Notes: generated by a model not told the origin, from the letters alone. A stretch of DNA of 64,000 nucleotides from an uncultured bacterium (GCA_903821355.1 CAIJKW010000022.1:423-64422), one strand, 5' to 3'. Numbered from the stretch's first letter, positions 38,570-49,555 are shown. Made by a program: numbers and translations.

Positions 38570-38926
38570 ATGAGACATCATAATGCAAACAGAAAATTCG
38601 GTCGAAAGACAAACCAACGCAGAGCACTGCTACGTTCACTTGCTCGTGAGCTTTTCTTGCATGGTAAAATTGTAACAACAGAAGCTAAGGCAAAGGAGCT
38701 AAGACCATATGCAGAAGAGTTGATAACTATCGCTCGTCAAAATACTGTAGCATCAAGAAGACAAGTTGAGTCAAGAATGGCAAACAATGTTATTTCAAAG
38801 AAAATCTCAAATATAATTGCTCCTCAATACCTAGAAGTTAATGGGGGATACACAAGAATTATCAAACTAGATCGTCGTCCTTCTGATGGAAGTAAGATGG
38901 CTGCAATTGAATTAATTTCAAAATAA
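38570..38926 (+). CDS. rplQ: 50S ribosomal protein L17
   Basis: MRHH, ITT-like IVTTEAKAKE, GGYTRIIK. Confidence 0.98.
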   Translation: MRHHNANRKFGRKTNQRRALLRSLARELFLHGKIVTTEAKAKELRPYAEELITIARQNTVASRRQVESRMANNVISKKISNIIAPQYLEVNGGYTRIIKLDRRPSDGSKMAAIELISK

Positions 38927-38936
38927 TTATAAATAT

Positions 38937-39281
38937 ATGAAGTACGTAATAGACGCAAAAAATAAAAAGATAGGAAGAGTTGCACAAGAGGCCGCATCTG
39001 TTTTGATGGGAAAAAACTCTGTAAACTATTCAAAAAACTCAATCCCTGAGATTACTGTTGAGATCATCAATACTTCAAAAGCAGACATTAATGCTCAAAG
39101 AAAGGATGATAAGTATTACAAGAACTACTCAGGATATCCTGGAGGACAAAGAGTTAGAACTATGTCAAAAGTTATAGAGGATAAGGGATATTCAGAGGTA
39201 TTCAGAATAGCTGTAAACGGAATGCTTCCAGATAACAAGCTTAAGGCAAAGATGATGACTCATTTAACTGTTACTGAGTAA
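38937..39281 (+). CDS. rplM: 50S ribosomal protein L13 (short)
   Basis: IDA...GRVA...LMGK, YSGYPGG, AV.GMLP.N. Confidence 0.95.
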   Translation: MKYVIDAKNKKIGRVAQEAASVLMGKNSVNYSKNSIPEITVEIINTSKADINAQRKDDKYYKNYSGYPGGQRVRTMSKVIEDKGYSEVFRIAVNGMLPDNKLKAKMMTHLTVTE

Positions 39282-39319
39282 TATCATAATCGCAAAAATA
39301 TCTTAATTTAAATAATAAT

Positions 39320-39715
39320 ATGACTGAACACAAAAAATATACAGAAACAATTGGAAGAAGAAAGACAGCGTCAGCTAGAGCAAGAATAACTGAGGCTACA
39401 AAATCTTCCATAACAGTAAACGGCAAAGAGCTTGCTGAATACTTTAAGACTGCAACACTTCAAGCTAAAGCAATAGCTGCGCTTGATCTAGCAGAACATA
39501 AATTTGCTATTACAGCTAAAGTTGTAGGAGGTGGAATTGCTGGCCAAGCAGAAGCCGTAAGACATGCTATCGCTCGTGCAATTGAAAAGCATACTCCAGC
39601 ACTTCGTGGCGTTCTAAAGCATGAAGGACTTCTAAGAAGAGATCCTAGAGCCAAGGAAAGAAGAAAGTTCGGATTGAAGAAAGCTAGAAAGGCTCCACAG
39701 TGGTCAAAGCGTTAA
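39320..39715 (+). CDS. rpsI: 30S ribosomal protein S9
   Basis: [39 protein letters not shown]. Confidence 0.98.
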   Translation: MTEHKKYTETIGRRKTASARARITEATKSSITVNGKELAEYFKTATLQAKAIAALDLAEHKFAITAKVVGGGIAGQAEAVRHAIARAIEKHTPALRGVLKHEGLLRRDPRAKERRKFGLKKARKAPQWSKR

Positions 39716-39887
39716 TTCAAACAACTACTCAGAAAAACAAAATACAGAAAATAAGAATCGGCCGGCAACTCTGGTACATTCCAAAATTCAAAAAAGCAGA
39801 GACTCCTCACAAAGGAGTTTTTGTCTATATTGTGTGATATAATTTCATGAACATTTTTCGAATTAATATTAATTTAATTTTATTCTT

Positions 39888-41699
39888 ATGAAGGACTACT
39901 TAAAAGTGTTTAAATTCAGTGTTAAACAGGCTATAAAATCAGCGCCAATTCTAACTATTGCTTTGGTTGTAATTATTTTTCTTAGTGCTCAAATTCCATT
40001 CTTGGGATATAAAATTTCTGCTGACATTATTAACAACCTGATTGATTATGCCAAGAATCCTGGATCTGGATTAAGTGTTATTTTTAAGCTTGCATTATTG
40101 TGGGCCTTGATTGAATCAGCGCTAAGTTTACTAAATAGATTAAACAGCTATATAAATGCAATTTGGAGATATAAATTACAAATTAATTCAGAGATTATGT
40201 TTGCGGAACAGGCGACGAATCTTGACCTTGGAAGGTTGGAAAGTAAGGACTTTCAAAACTTAAAGCAAAGAGCTCTCAGAAGGCAAATGTTTCCACTCGT
40301 TGAGATTTTTTCATATTTTCTGTATATCATTAATCCAGTTTCTATAATAATAACCTCCTCACTTATTATCGGGTTATTAGACTGGAGAATATACTTGATT
40401 TCAATTATTTCAATTATTCCTCAAATATTAATTGAAAAGAAATATGGAAAAAAGAGTTGGGGTATTTGGAGTAGTGGCGGGGGTGAGGATCAAAGAAGAT
40501 ATTATGAGTACAGATCACATATAACAAATACAGACAGGCTACCAGAAGTAAAAAGATTTGGATCTTTAAACTATTTTAAACAAAAGACCCTTGATATTTT
40601 TAAGGAGACAACAGAAAAATTAGAAAAAAATGAAGGGGAGAGATTTAAAAAATACACAGGCGTTGAAGTTATAAATATAATTAGTTTTATAGCGGTCATA
40701 TTTATATTATTAACACACATAACCGACGGGAAAATACTTATTGGTGCATTTTTATTTTATTCGCAGTCTATAGATAAGTTCTCAGGAGCTGTTTCTAATC
40801 TTTTTGTCGGAATGGCTTATCAAGAAGAAAATATAGCTCTATCAAATGACATCATAGATTTTCTTAATGTTAAACCATTGGTAAAAACCCATCAGCCTGT
40901 AGAGTTTCCAATAAAGAAGCCAGACGTTGGTCCAGAAATCGTATTTGATAATGTTGTCTTTGCATACCCAGACACAGATAAGGTTATACTAGATGGAGTT
41001 TCCTTTACAATCAAATCTGGAGAAAGAATCGGTCTTATTGGAATAAATGGTGCTGGTAAGTCGACAATTGTTAAACTGTTGTTAAGAATGTATGACCCAA
41101 CATCTGGAAAGATTACAGTTGATGGAATTGATTTGAAACACATAAGGCCAGAAGATTGGTGGGTGCATTTATCTACTTTGATGCAGGACTACAATAAATA
41201 TACATCTCTAACACTGAAAGAGTCCTTGTTGGTATGCAATCTAGGCAGAAAGAGTAAGCTGGATGAAAATCGTTTTCTTGAAAGCCTAAGAAAAAGTAAG
41301 GCCGATGAGTTTGTCGAAAAATGGGATAACAAATATGACTCTATGCTTGGCAAGGAATTTGCTGGAGAATCTTTATCTAAAGGACAAGCCCAAAAATTAG
41401 CTCTCGCCAGAACTTTTTACAAAGAAGCTTCTGTTATGATATTAGATGAACCAACAGCTGCAATTGATGCAGAATCGGAAATTGAAATTTTTGAAGAGCT
41501 AGAGAAAATACCGAGAACAGTTTCCATTCTTTATATAAGTCACGACATGGCAACAATCAAGAAAGCGGATAGGATAATGTTGATTGAGGATGGTAAAATT
41601 GTGGAAAATGGTGACCATGATACTTTGATTAAAAAGAAGGGGCATTATGCAAGGATTTACAACGCTCAACTTCAAAACTTAACAAAAGCGACGAGCTAA
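39888..41699 (+). CDS. ABC exporter, fused permease/ATPase
   Basis: Six-TM N-terminal half; GINGAGKS, LSKGQAQK, ILDEPT, ISH. Confidence 0.93.
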   Translation: MKDYLKVFKFSVKQAIKSAPILTIALVVIIFLSAQIPFLGYKISADIINNLIDYAKNPGSGLSVIFKLALLWALIESALSLLNRLNSYINAIWRYKLQINSEIMFAEQATNLDLGRLESKDFQNLKQRALRRQMFPLVEIFSYFLYIINPVSIIITSSLIIGLLDWRIYLISIISIIPQILIEKKYGKKSWGIWSSGGGEDQRRYYEYRSHITNTDRLPEVKRFGSLNYFKQKTLDIFKETTEKLEKNEGERFKKYTGVEVINIISFIAVIFILLTHITDGKILIGAFLFYSQSIDKFSGAVSNLFVGMAYQEENIALSNDIIDFLNVKPLVKTHQPVEFPIKKPDVGPEIVFDNVVFAYPDTDKVILDGVSFTIKSGERIGLIGINGAGKSTIVKLLLRMYDPTSGKITVDGIDLKHIRPEDWWVHLSTLMQDYNKYTSLTLKESLLVCNLGRKSKLDENRFLESLRKSKADEFVEKWDNKYDSMLGKEFAGESLSKGQAQKLALARTFYKEASVMILDEPTAAIDAESEIEIFEELEKIPRTVSILYISHDMATIKKADRIMLIEDGKIVENGDHDTLIKKKGHYARIYNAQLQNLTKATS

Positions 41700-41716
41700 T
41701 ATATAATCAAAAAACT

Positions 41717-42346
41717 ATGAAAGATGACAAGAAAAAACAAGATATTACTGAAGAAACCCCGTTGAATGATGATACAAACGTTGATTTCTCTAATAAAACC
41801 CCTTTTGAAGACATTGAAATTGAGGAATTTGAAGATACCGATGATGAAGGTGGGGAGTTAGGTTCTGCAGCAAAAATGAAGAAACTTAGAGAAAAACTCA
41901 AGGTTGCTATTGAGGAAAAACAACAATATCTAAACGGTTGGCAAAAAGAAAAAGCTGAATTCATTAATATAAGGCGTCGCGATGAGGAATCTAAGCAAGA
42001 ATTCTTAAAATATGCTGTTTCAGGCCTTCTAGAAGAGCTTTTGCCGGTGCTAGACAGCTTTGATATCGCAATGTCTAATAAAGAAGCCTGGAACGCTGTT
42101 TCTGGACAATGGCAGGCTGGTATGGAGACGGTTTATAATCAATTTAAGGCTATTTTGGCTAAAAATGGAGTGGAGTCCTTTGGTAATACTGGAGACCCTG
42201 CTGACCCTGCAAAATTTCACATGATTGGGGTAGATGAAACTACTGATGCAAAACAAGACCATACAGTTTCCGTAGTTTTGCAAAAAGGATACATGTTTAA
42301 AGAAAAGGTTCTAAGGCCTGCAATGGTTAGGGTTTATCAAAAATAA
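41717..42346 (+). CDS. grpE: Nucleotide exchange factor GrpE
   Basis: AEFINIRRR, LLPVLDSF, LQKGY...LRPAMVRV. Confidence 0.95.
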   Translation: MKDDKKKQDITEETPLNDDTNVDFSNKTPFEDIEIEEFEDTDDEGGELGSAAKMKKLREKLKVAIEEKQQYLNGWQKEKAEFINIRRRDEESKQEFLKYAVSGLLEELLPVLDSFDIAMSNKEAWNAVSGQWQAGMETVYNQFKAILAKNGVESFGNTGDPADPAKFHMIGVDETTDAKQDHTVSVVLQKGYMFKEKVLRPAMVRVYQK

Positions 42347-42377
42347 TAAAAAAAATATTATTTACTAAAATCAGGTC

Positions 42378-42719
42378 ATGCCAAATCCAATCTTAATTCT
42401 AATAGTAACTCAAATACTTTTTACCACTAGTGACTTTATCGCTAAGTATTTTATGACTAGGTTTGGTTTTAATTTAAATAACTTCTTATCGATTTGGTTT
42501 ATTGTCTACGTATTGATCCGTATCCTTGCAACTTTTGGACAATTGTATATCTTCACCCAATTAGGATTAGGAAGGACGATGGCCTTGATGGGTGCTGTGT
42601 CCCTTGTTTTATCCGCAAGTCTTGCTTTTCTTCTTTTGGGAGAAATAATAACGACAGCACAGTACATAGGAATTACCTTAGTTGTTATTGCGTTTCTTGC
42701 TCTTGCTTTTGTAAAATAA
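42378..42719 (+). CDS. Small 4-TM DMT/SMR-like membrane protein
   Basis: Four hydrophobic segments; LLGE..T..QYIGI. Confidence 0.65.
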   Translation: MPNPILILIVTQILFTTSDFIAKYFMTRFGFNLNNFLSIWFIVYVLIRILATFGQLYIFTQLGLGRTMALMGAVSLVLSASLAFLLLGEIITTAQYIGITLVVIAFLALAFVK

Positions 42720-42768
42720 GACCATAGATAAGATTTGACATCTATGCTATAATACGAGCCTAAAAGAG

Positions 42769-43272
42769 ATGATTATCGCCCAAAAAACATATAAACATAA
42801 GGTTTTATTGCTAATGAAGGTTGGATTGGCTGTTTTTATGGTGGTTATTTTTCTAGCCCAAAATGCTAGCGCTGGCACCTTGGAGGCCAAAAATTTTGTT
42901 TACAAGAAGCTAAATGCTACTGAGACACAATATTTCCTAAGTAATCTAAATGTGTTACCAGATGCCGGCGGGACTGAATCCACGCTTGGCCAAGGTCTAA
43001 ACCTTGAACTCATCTCAGCTCAAATTTCTGCTCATATCAAAAATGCAGTTGAACCACTATTATTACAAGAAGCTTCAGTTGTAAAAACAATTTCTCCTGC
43101 ATTTACTGCGCACCAAAGCTCGTCAAATATTTTACTATACTCAACATTACTTGCAGTTCTTTCAATACTTTTTATAGAAAAACAAAGACAGATTTTTAGC
43201 GCAACAAAATCGCTCAAACTTAAAAAACTTTTAGTCAGCATTTCACCAAGATCTCCAAACCTTGTTATTTAA
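42769..43272 (+). CDS. Hypothetical membrane protein
   Basis: Signal-like N-terminus and a C-terminal TM. Confidence 0.55.
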   Translation: MIIAQKTYKHKVLLLMKVGLAVFMVVIFLAQNASAGTLEAKNFVYKKLNATETQYFLSNLNVLPDAGGTESTLGQGLNLELISAQISAHIKNAVEPLLLQEASVVKTISPAFTAHQSSSNILLYSTLLAVLSILFIEKQRQIFSATKSLKLKKLLVSISPRSPNLVI

Positions 43273-43376
43273 TTTATCTTTCGCAAATTATAAGAAATTA
43301 ATTAAATAACTAAATATCGATGAGTGTGGCTGGCGCTATTTTTGTGCGCGGGCAACATTTCGTCAAAACAAAACAT

Positions 43377-45305
43377 ATGTCAAAAATAATAGGAATAGAC
43401 TTAGGAACTACTAACTCAGCGGTTGCAGTAATGGAGGCTGGGGCTCCAAAGATTCTTGAAAACGCAGAAGGATCAAGAACTACACCCTCAATAATTGCGA
43501 TCTCAAAGACAAATGAAAGACTTGTTGGTCTTTTGGCAAAGCGTCAAGCTGTGACTAATCCCAAAAATACCGTTTATGGTATTAAGAGATTTATTGGGCA
43601 CAGTTTTGATGAGGCTGGAGTTCAAGCAGATATGAAAACTGTCGCTTATGAAATTTCAAAAGCAGACAATAACGGAGTAAATATTAAGATGGGAGATAAG
43701 AATTATACTCCTGAAGAAGTTTCAGCAATGATTCTTTCTAAGATCAAAGCAGATGTTGAAGCAAAGCTTGGCGAAAAGATAACTCAAGCGGTTATTACTG
43801 TTCCTGCATACTTTAACGACTCACAAAGACAAGCAACAAAGGATGCTGGTAAAATTGCAGGTCTTGAAGTGATGCGTATTATCAATGAGCCAACAGCGGC
43901 CGCTCTTGCTTACGGATTCAATAAAAAGAAAGATGAAAAACTAGCAGTCTTTGACTTTGGTGGAGGTACATTTGATATCTCAATTCTTGAAGTTGGCGAT
44001 GATGTTGTGGAGGTTAAAGCAACAGATGGAGACCACAGATTGGGAGGACGTGACATTGACTACAAACTTCTAAATTACATCGCTGATGAATTTAAGAAGG
44101 AAAATGGAATTGATCTTAAAAAAGATCCTCTTGCAATGCAAAGACTTGATGAGTCGGCAGAAAAAGCAAAAATTGAACTTTCAACTGCAACAGAGACTGA
44201 AATCAATATTCCATTCATTGCAAACGATGATTCAGGCCCAAGACACTTGGTATTGAAGTTAACTCGTGCAAAATTGGAAGAAATTGCAGATGAGTATGTA
44301 GAGCGTGCAATGCAAATAACAAAGCGTGCCATGGAAGCATCGCCATTCAAGGTTGGAGAAATCAATGAAGTAATCTTGGTTGGAGGTCAAACAAGAATGC
44401 CAAAAATCAGAGAGGCTGTTAAGGCTTTCTTTGGTAAAGAACCAAATCAAACCATTAACCCAGATGAGGTTGTTGCGCTTGGTGCTGCAATTCAAGGAGG
44501 AGTTCTAGCGGGAGATGTAAAAGACATTTTACTTCTAGATGTTATTCCACTTTCACTTGGAATTGAAACTATGGGAAATGTTTCGACAAAATTAGTTGAG
44601 AGAAATACAACAATCCCTACATCTCGTTCACAAATCTTTTCAACCGCAGCTGATAATCAAACATCGGTTGAAATTCATATCGTTCAAGGAGAACGCGCGC
44701 TTGCAAAAGACAATAAATCCCTTGGAAGATTTATCTTAGACGGTATTCCACCTGCACCTCGCGGAATGCCACAAGTTGAAGTTACATTTGACGTTGACGC
44801 AAACGGAATTCTAAATGTCAAAGCAAAAGAAAAGACTACAAACAAGGAACAGTCAATTAGAATTGAAGCAAGCTCAAGTCTTTCAAAAGAAGATATTGAA
44901 AAAATGAAAAAGGATGCGGAAATGTATGCAGCGGAAGATGAAAAGAAGAAAGAGGAAATTGAGGCTAGAAACACCGCTGATAATATGATTTATACAGCAG
45001 AGAAAGCTATCAAAGAAAATAAAGAAAAACTTCCGGCTGAAGTTGTAACTTCTGTTGAAGAAAAGATAACAGCACTTCGTACAATTAAAGATAATGGCGA
45101 ATTGGAAGCTGTTAAAAAGGCAACCGGGGAACTATCATCTGAAATGTCAAAGATTGGTGAAGCTATGAGTAAAGCGGGAGCTACACCTGAGGCTGGTGCA
45201 ACACCAGAGACTGGCACAGCAACAGAGGGTGCTCAAAGTGAACAAACTGGGCCAACTACTGAAACACCAGAAGGCGATAATGTTAGAGATGCGGAGACTA
45301 AATAA
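43377..45305 (+). CDS. dnaK: Chaperone DnaK
   Basis: [35 protein letters not shown]; ATG 43377. Confidence 0.99.
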   Translation: MSKIIGIDLGTTNSAVAVMEAGAPKILENAEGSRTTPSIIAISKTNERLVGLLAKRQAVTNPKNTVYGIKRFIGHSFDEAGVQADMKTVAYEISKADNNGVNIKMGDKNYTPEEVSAMILSKIKADVEAKLGEKITQAVITVPAYFNDSQRQATKDAGKIAGLEVMRIINEPTAAALAYGFNKKKDEKLAVFDFGGGTFDISILEVGDDVVEVKATDGDHRLGGRDIDYKLLNYIADEFKKENGIDLKKDPLAMQRLDESAEKAKIELSTATETEINIPFIANDDSGPRHLVLKLTRAKLEEIADEYVERAMQITKRAMEASPFKVGEINEVILVGGQTRMPKIREAVKAFFGKEPNQTINPDEVVALGAAIQGGVLAGDVKDILLLDVIPLSLGIETMGNVSTKLVERNTTIPTSRSQIFSTAADNQTSVEIHIVQGERALAKDNKSLGRFILDGIPPAPRGMPQVEVTFDVDANGILNVKAKEKTTNKEQSIRIEASSSLSKEDIEKMKKDAEMYAAEDEKKKEEIEARNTADNMIYTAEKAIKENKEKLPAEVVTSVEEKITALRTIKDNGELEAVKKATGELSSEMSKIGEAMSKAGATPEAGATPETGTATEGAQSEQTGPTTETPEGDNVRDAETK

Positions 45306-45419
45306 TCTTTTTTAGAAATCACGCAATTCTGCGTGAGCGAATGCCTTTGTTTGGAGTGTTTAACTCGTACTTAAGGCATTCGTCATACAAATTAATAAAA
45401 TCAATCAAATTCACAAAAA

Positions 45420-46547
45420 ATGCCAAAAGATTATTACAAATCACTGGGGATAAATAAAAATGCAAGCAAAGATGAAATAAAAAAAGCATTCAGGAAACTT
45501 GCGCATGAACATCACCCAGATAAAAATCCAAAAGACGCAGATAAATTTAAAGAAATATCTGAAGCTTATAGTGTATTGTCTGATGATTCTAAACGTGCCC
45601 AATATGATCAATTTGGATCAGCTGGACCAGGATTTTCTGGTGGCGGAGGAGGTTTTGGCGGAGAGCAAGGGCAAGGCGGATTTGGAGGATTTGATTTTTC
45701 AGGATTTCAAGGTGGCTTTGGTGGGGGTCAAGGTTTTGGACAAGACGGTGTGGAGTTTGATTTGGGCGATATCTTTGGGAGTGTTTTTGGCGGCGGAAGA
45801 AATTCGTCAAAAAAACAAAGGCAGGGAAGGGATATCGAATTGGATATAGAAATAGATTTTAAATCGTCAATATTTGGAAAGGAAGAGGAGATTAAAGTAA
45901 GCAAAGACAGCACCTGTGCACACTGCAAGGGGACAAGGGGTGAACCTAATTCAAAATTTGATGATTGTGGAACTTGTCATGGAACAGGAACTGTCTATGA
46001 GATAAAAAGAACTTTTTTTGGACAAATGCAAAATGCTAAAGTTTGCGATATTTGTTTTGGCACAGGAAAAATTCCTAAAGAAAAGTGTCATGTCTGTAAG
46101 GGGCAGGGGACGGTTCATAGTACAGAGACTATAAACGTAATTATTCCACCGGGAATTAATCCGGGAGATACATTAAAAGTTCAAGGAAAAGGTGAATCTG
46201 TAACAGGTGGTCTATCTGGAGACTTGTATATTAAACTTCATGTCAAAAAACATCCAAAAATAATCAAAGATGAATACAATTTGATCTACCCACTGGAAAT
46301 TAAACTAACAGACGCATTGTTGGGCGCCGATATTAAAGTTGAAGCACTGGATGGTGATTTAACATTAACTATACCTGCTGGAATTTCTCACGGAGAATTA
46401 TTACGAGTTAGGGGCAGGGGAGTTCCTATGGATAACAAGGCAAGTCGTAGAGGAGATTTGCTATTTAAAATTTCTGTAAATATTCCAAAAAGATTATCTA
46501 GAGAATCTAAGAAACTATTGGAGGACTTGAGAAGAGAAGGGCTATAG
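45420..46547 (+). CDS. dnaJ: Chaperone DnaJ
   Basis: HPD J-domain, G/F-rich region, four CxxCxGxG-type repeats. Confidence 0.98.
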   Translation: MPKDYYKSLGINKNASKDEIKKAFRKLAHEHHPDKNPKDADKFKEISEAYSVLSDDSKRAQYDQFGSAGPGFSGGGGGFGGEQGQGGFGGFDFSGFQGGFGGGQGFGQDGVEFDLGDIFGSVFGGGRNSSKKQRQGRDIELDIEIDFKSSIFGKEEEIKVSKDSTCAHCKGTRGEPNSKFDDCGTCHGTGTVYEIKRTFFGQMQNAKVCDICFGTGKIPKEKCHVCKGQGTVHSTETINVIIPPGINPGDTLKVQGKGESVTGGLSGDLYIKLHVKKHPKIIKDEYNLIYPLEIKLTDALLGADIKVEALDGDLTLTIPAGISHGELLRVRGRGVPMDNKASRRGDLLFKISVNIPKRLSRESKKLLEDLRREGL

Positions 46548-46674
46548 AATTTTCGTTCCGCTTAAATCCTAATTCGTTCCGCTTCGTTTGACTTACTAAC
46601 CTTCTGTGGTATTCTACTGTCTAGATTCGGTCATTGGCATGTCCGGTCTTCTCAATTTGGAAAAAATCAAACCA

Positions 46675-46685
46675 CCCCCCCCCCC
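46675..46685 (+). repeat. C11 homopolymer 6 nt upstream of the lipoprotein start
   Basis: acca-CCCCCCCCCCC-acaatc-ATG. Confidence 0.85.
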
Positions 46686-46691
46686 ACAATC

Positions 46692-47174
46692 ATGAAACTG
46701 TTTACTACTGTTGTGATGGCATCTTTTGCCATCGTCCTGTCTAGCTGCACCAACTCCGACAACACGGGAAATTCTCCCGCACCTCATCCGGCGCTCGCCA
46801 AAATCAAGGTCGTCAACCGCGCCGGCAATAACGGCAAGGAGGCTGTGGCGACCCAGTGTATCGTCAAAACCATTGACGGAAAGTCTGTTTCTCCTGGGGA
46901 ACAGGCCTTTGCACTGATGCATCCGGGAAAGAGGAGGGTTTCCTTCACTTACCAGAAATGGACTTCTGGTCAAACGACCAACCATCAGATCAAGCATGTC
47001 GCTTCGTTGAGGCAGGTTTGTGTTGATGCCGAGTTCAAGGCCGGAGGAGTATATTGGCTGGACGTCAGTCATCTCAAACCAGAAGCAACCGATGGCTGTT
47101 GTTCCGTCTCGGCGACGGACGGTCAGCTTGTTTACGAATTGACCGGCAAAGCGAAGATCGTGGAGGTCAAATAA
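46692..47174 (+). CDS. Putative lipoprotein in a GC-rich stand-alone cassette
   Basis: Lipobox-like VLSS-C; promoter TTGACT-16-TATTCT (46588-46615); terminator aaagtctcggcg...cgccgagacttt (47202-47236). Confidence 0.7.
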   Translation: MKLFTTVVMASFAIVLSSCTNSDNTGNSPAPHPALAKIKVVNRAGNNGKEAVATQCIVKTIDGKSVSPGEQAFALMHPGKRRVSFTYQKWTSGQTTNHQIKHVASLRQVCVDAEFKAGGVYWLDVSHLKPEATDGCCSVSATDGQLVYELTGKAKIVEVK

Positions 47175-47288
47175 CCCTTCACGAAAAACATCAACAAATT
47201 TAAAGTCTCGGCGGAGTAACCTTCGCCGAGACTTTTTGTTTTTTAAAAGGATGCAATATTAAATATATTAGTGTATAATGATTCCATT

Positions 47289-47405
47289 ATGGCAAAAAGA
47301 GCAACAGGAGTTGGAAAAGGAAAAGTTTCTCGTTCTAAAAAAACAAAGAAGAGACTTGCAGTAAAGCATGCAAAAATAGCAGCAAGAGTTACTAAGAGAA
47401 AATAA
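47289..47405 (+). CDS. 38-aa highly basic small protein (missed by ORF track)
   Basis: MAKRATGVGKGKVSRSKKTKKRLAVKHAKIAARVTKRK, TATAAT ~9 nt upstream, double TAA stop. Confidence 0.7.
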   Translation: MAKRATGVGKGKVSRSKKTKKRLAVKHAKIAARVTKRK

Positions 47406-47484
47406 TAAATTTCTTAATAATTTTAGATTAATTACTCATCTAATAATGTATTTGTTGATGAGTTTTTATGTTATTATTAAAATA

Positions 47485-47979
47485 ATGAATAAAATAACAT
47501 ATTTACTAGAACTTTACGCACCAGGGGTGCTTCGCATAGGAATGGCCTCGGTGGTTTTATGGTTCAGTATTCAACAATTTTTACACAACAGTGTTTGGAC
47601 AGCCTACGTACCAGATTCAATAATAAGCCTTACACACATGAGTGCTCCAACAATCGTCTTGTTAAATGCTATTTTTGAATTAGTCTTTGGATTGGCGATG
47701 ATGTTTGGCTGGTATACAAGGCTCGCTTCATTGCTTCTGGCTCTTCATCTTTTTGATATCATGTGGGTTGTGGGATATGGAGAGATTGGCGTTCGTGATT
47801 TTGGACTAGCTGTTGGAACTCTTGTCGTCTTTATGAATGGCCCAGATGTTTTTTGCTGGAAGCAAAGAATACGAAAGACACAATTTATTTCAGCTTCACA
47901 GTCAGACTCGCAAATACAAGAAGCACAAGCACCCTCAAACTTTTCTGGTATATCATCGCAGGGGATAAGAAGGATATAG
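47485..47979 (+). CDS. DoxX family membrane protein
   Basis: LRIG...LWF, FELVFGL...G.YTRLASLLL, VRDFGL. Confidence 0.8.
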   Translation: MNKITYLLELYAPGVLRIGMASVVLWFSIQQFLHNSVWTAYVPDSIISLTHMSAPTIVLLNAIFELVFGLAMMFGWYTRLASLLLALHLFDIMWVVGYGEIGVRDFGLAVGTLVVFMNGPDVFCWKQRIRKTQFISASQSDSQIQEAQAPSNFSGISSQGIRRI

Positions 47980-48036
47980 AAATATAAATTTAATTAATAG
48001 TCAGATTTCTAAAATGAATCTGACTCACACACAAAA

Positions 48037-48603
48037 ATGAATTCGATAAATCAATCATACAAAAAAATAGGAATCCTTATTGGCATAGTGGCTGTTCTTG
48101 CTGTTATTATTGTTACTTTTGCTAATGAAGATGAACAGGATGTGGCTTCAACTAATGACACCCAACCCTCGGTTCAAACGCAAAATTCTGATGTAGGAAA
48201 TAAAAACTCAAATCAGTCAGGTGAATCTTCGTCAAACACACCAACAACACAGACTCCTGTGGTTATACCGAAGCAGACAAAACCATCAAATACAAAACAA
48301 ACTACTGTTTACAAGAACGGAACATATACAGCAGACGGCTCTTATATGACTCCAGAAGGAAACGTTTCTATTAACGTTACCGTGACGCTCGCAAATGATA
48401 TAATTACAGATGCAAATGTCACATCAGTATCAGGTGATCGTACTTCAGTGAGATATCAAAATAAATTTATATCTGGATACAAACAATATGTTGTTGGCAA
48501 AAACATTGCAGATGTTCAACTATCAAAAGTCTCTGGGTCATCGCTTACTCCAGAAGGTTTCAATAATGCCCTTGCGACAATAAAATCACAGGCTAAATCA
48601 TAG
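48037..48603 (+). CDS. Membrane-anchored FMN-binding (flavinylation substrate) protein
   Basis: YKNGTYT, VTVTL....IT, VSGSSLT..GFNNAL (variant of the [ST]GA[ST] motif). Confidence 0.85.
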   Translation: MNSINQSYKKIGILIGIVAVLAVIIVTFANEDEQDVASTNDTQPSVQTQNSDVGNKNSNQSGESSSNTPTTQTPVVIPKQTKPSNTKQTTVYKNGTYTADGSYMTPEGNVSINVTVTLANDIITDANVTSVSGDRTSVRYQNKFISGYKQYVVGKNIADVQLSKVSGSSLTPEGFNNALATIKSQAKS

Positions 48604-48627
48604 TCCTAAAATTATAATAAATAAAAT

Positions 48628-49503
48628 ATGGCCCAATTAAATTTCAAGGCTATAGGTACGAGTTGGCAGATTGATATTTATCAAAATATCGATCAAAAAA
48701 AAGAAGCTGAAATTTTTTCTAACATAAAAGACCGCATAGAAACTTTTGAAAGTAATTATTCTAGATTTAGAGATAATTCAATTGTGACGAAGATTTCAAA
48801 AGAAGAATCGAAAGGGAAAATATATGAATTGCCAGATGATGCAGAAAAGATGTTTACACTCTATCATGATCTTTATGTTTTAACCGATGGTTTTTTTACA
48901 CCACTCGTTGGTAATCTTCTTTCTGATGCAGGATATGACGCCAAGTATTCTCTAGAAAAGCAAAAAGAATTAACGACCCCGCCAACTTGGGATGAAGCGC
49001 TTGAATATCATCGTAATAAACTTCTGGTTAAAAAACCTGTGCTACTTGATTTTGGTGCAGCAGGCAAAGGCTACATTATTGATATAGTAGGAGAATTGTT
49101 AGAAAACAATAATATTTACGAATATTGCATCGACGCCGGTGGTGACATCCTTTATAAAAACAAAACTCCAATTCGTATTGGATTAGAAAACCCAGAAAAC
49201 ACCGGTCAGGTTATTGGTGTATATACATTAAATAACGGCGGTTTTTGTGGTTCCGCAGGGAACAGACGTGCCTGGGGGAAGTTTAATCACATAATGAATC
49301 CCAAAACTCTTGAGTCAGCTTCAGAAATAGCTGCTATTTGGGTAACTGCAGAAAGTACAATGATTGCTGATGCACTTACGACATGTTTATTTTTTATTCC
49401 AGCAAAAACTTTGGCAAGAAAATATGATTTTGAATATCTATTAATGCACAAAGATTTTTCAATTGAAAAGTCTGAAGGATTTTCTTGCGAGTTTTTTTCG
49501 TAA
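48628..49503 (+). CDS. apbE: FAD:protein FMN transferase
   Basis: F.AIGT, YSRFR, LDFGAAGKGY, DAGGD, HIMNPKT, ADALTT. Confidence 0.92.
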   Translation: MAQLNFKAIGTSWQIDIYQNIDQKKEAEIFSNIKDRIETFESNYSRFRDNSIVTKISKEESKGKIYELPDDAEKMFTLYHDLYVLTDGFFTPLVGNLLSDAGYDAKYSLEKQKELTTPPTWDEALEYHRNKLLVKKPVLLDFGAAGKGYIIDIVGELLENNNIYEYCIDAGGDILYKNKTPIRIGLENPENTGQVIGVYTLNNGGFCGSAGNRRAWGKFNHIMNPKTLESASEIAAIWVTAESTMIADALTTCLFFIPAKTLARKYDFEYLLMHKDFSIEKSEGFSCEFFS

Positions 49504-49555
49504 AAATATAAAAACTATTTCCTAAAAATAAAAAACAATATATAATAGATGACAT

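Noticed and set aside
45318-45385. CIRCE/HrcA operator near dnaK-dnaJ
   Set aside because: Hairpins (tcacgca/tgcgtga; cgaatgcctt/aaggcattcg) are present but do not match TTAGCACTC-N9-GAGTGCTAA. They are likely mRNA stability or attenuation elements.
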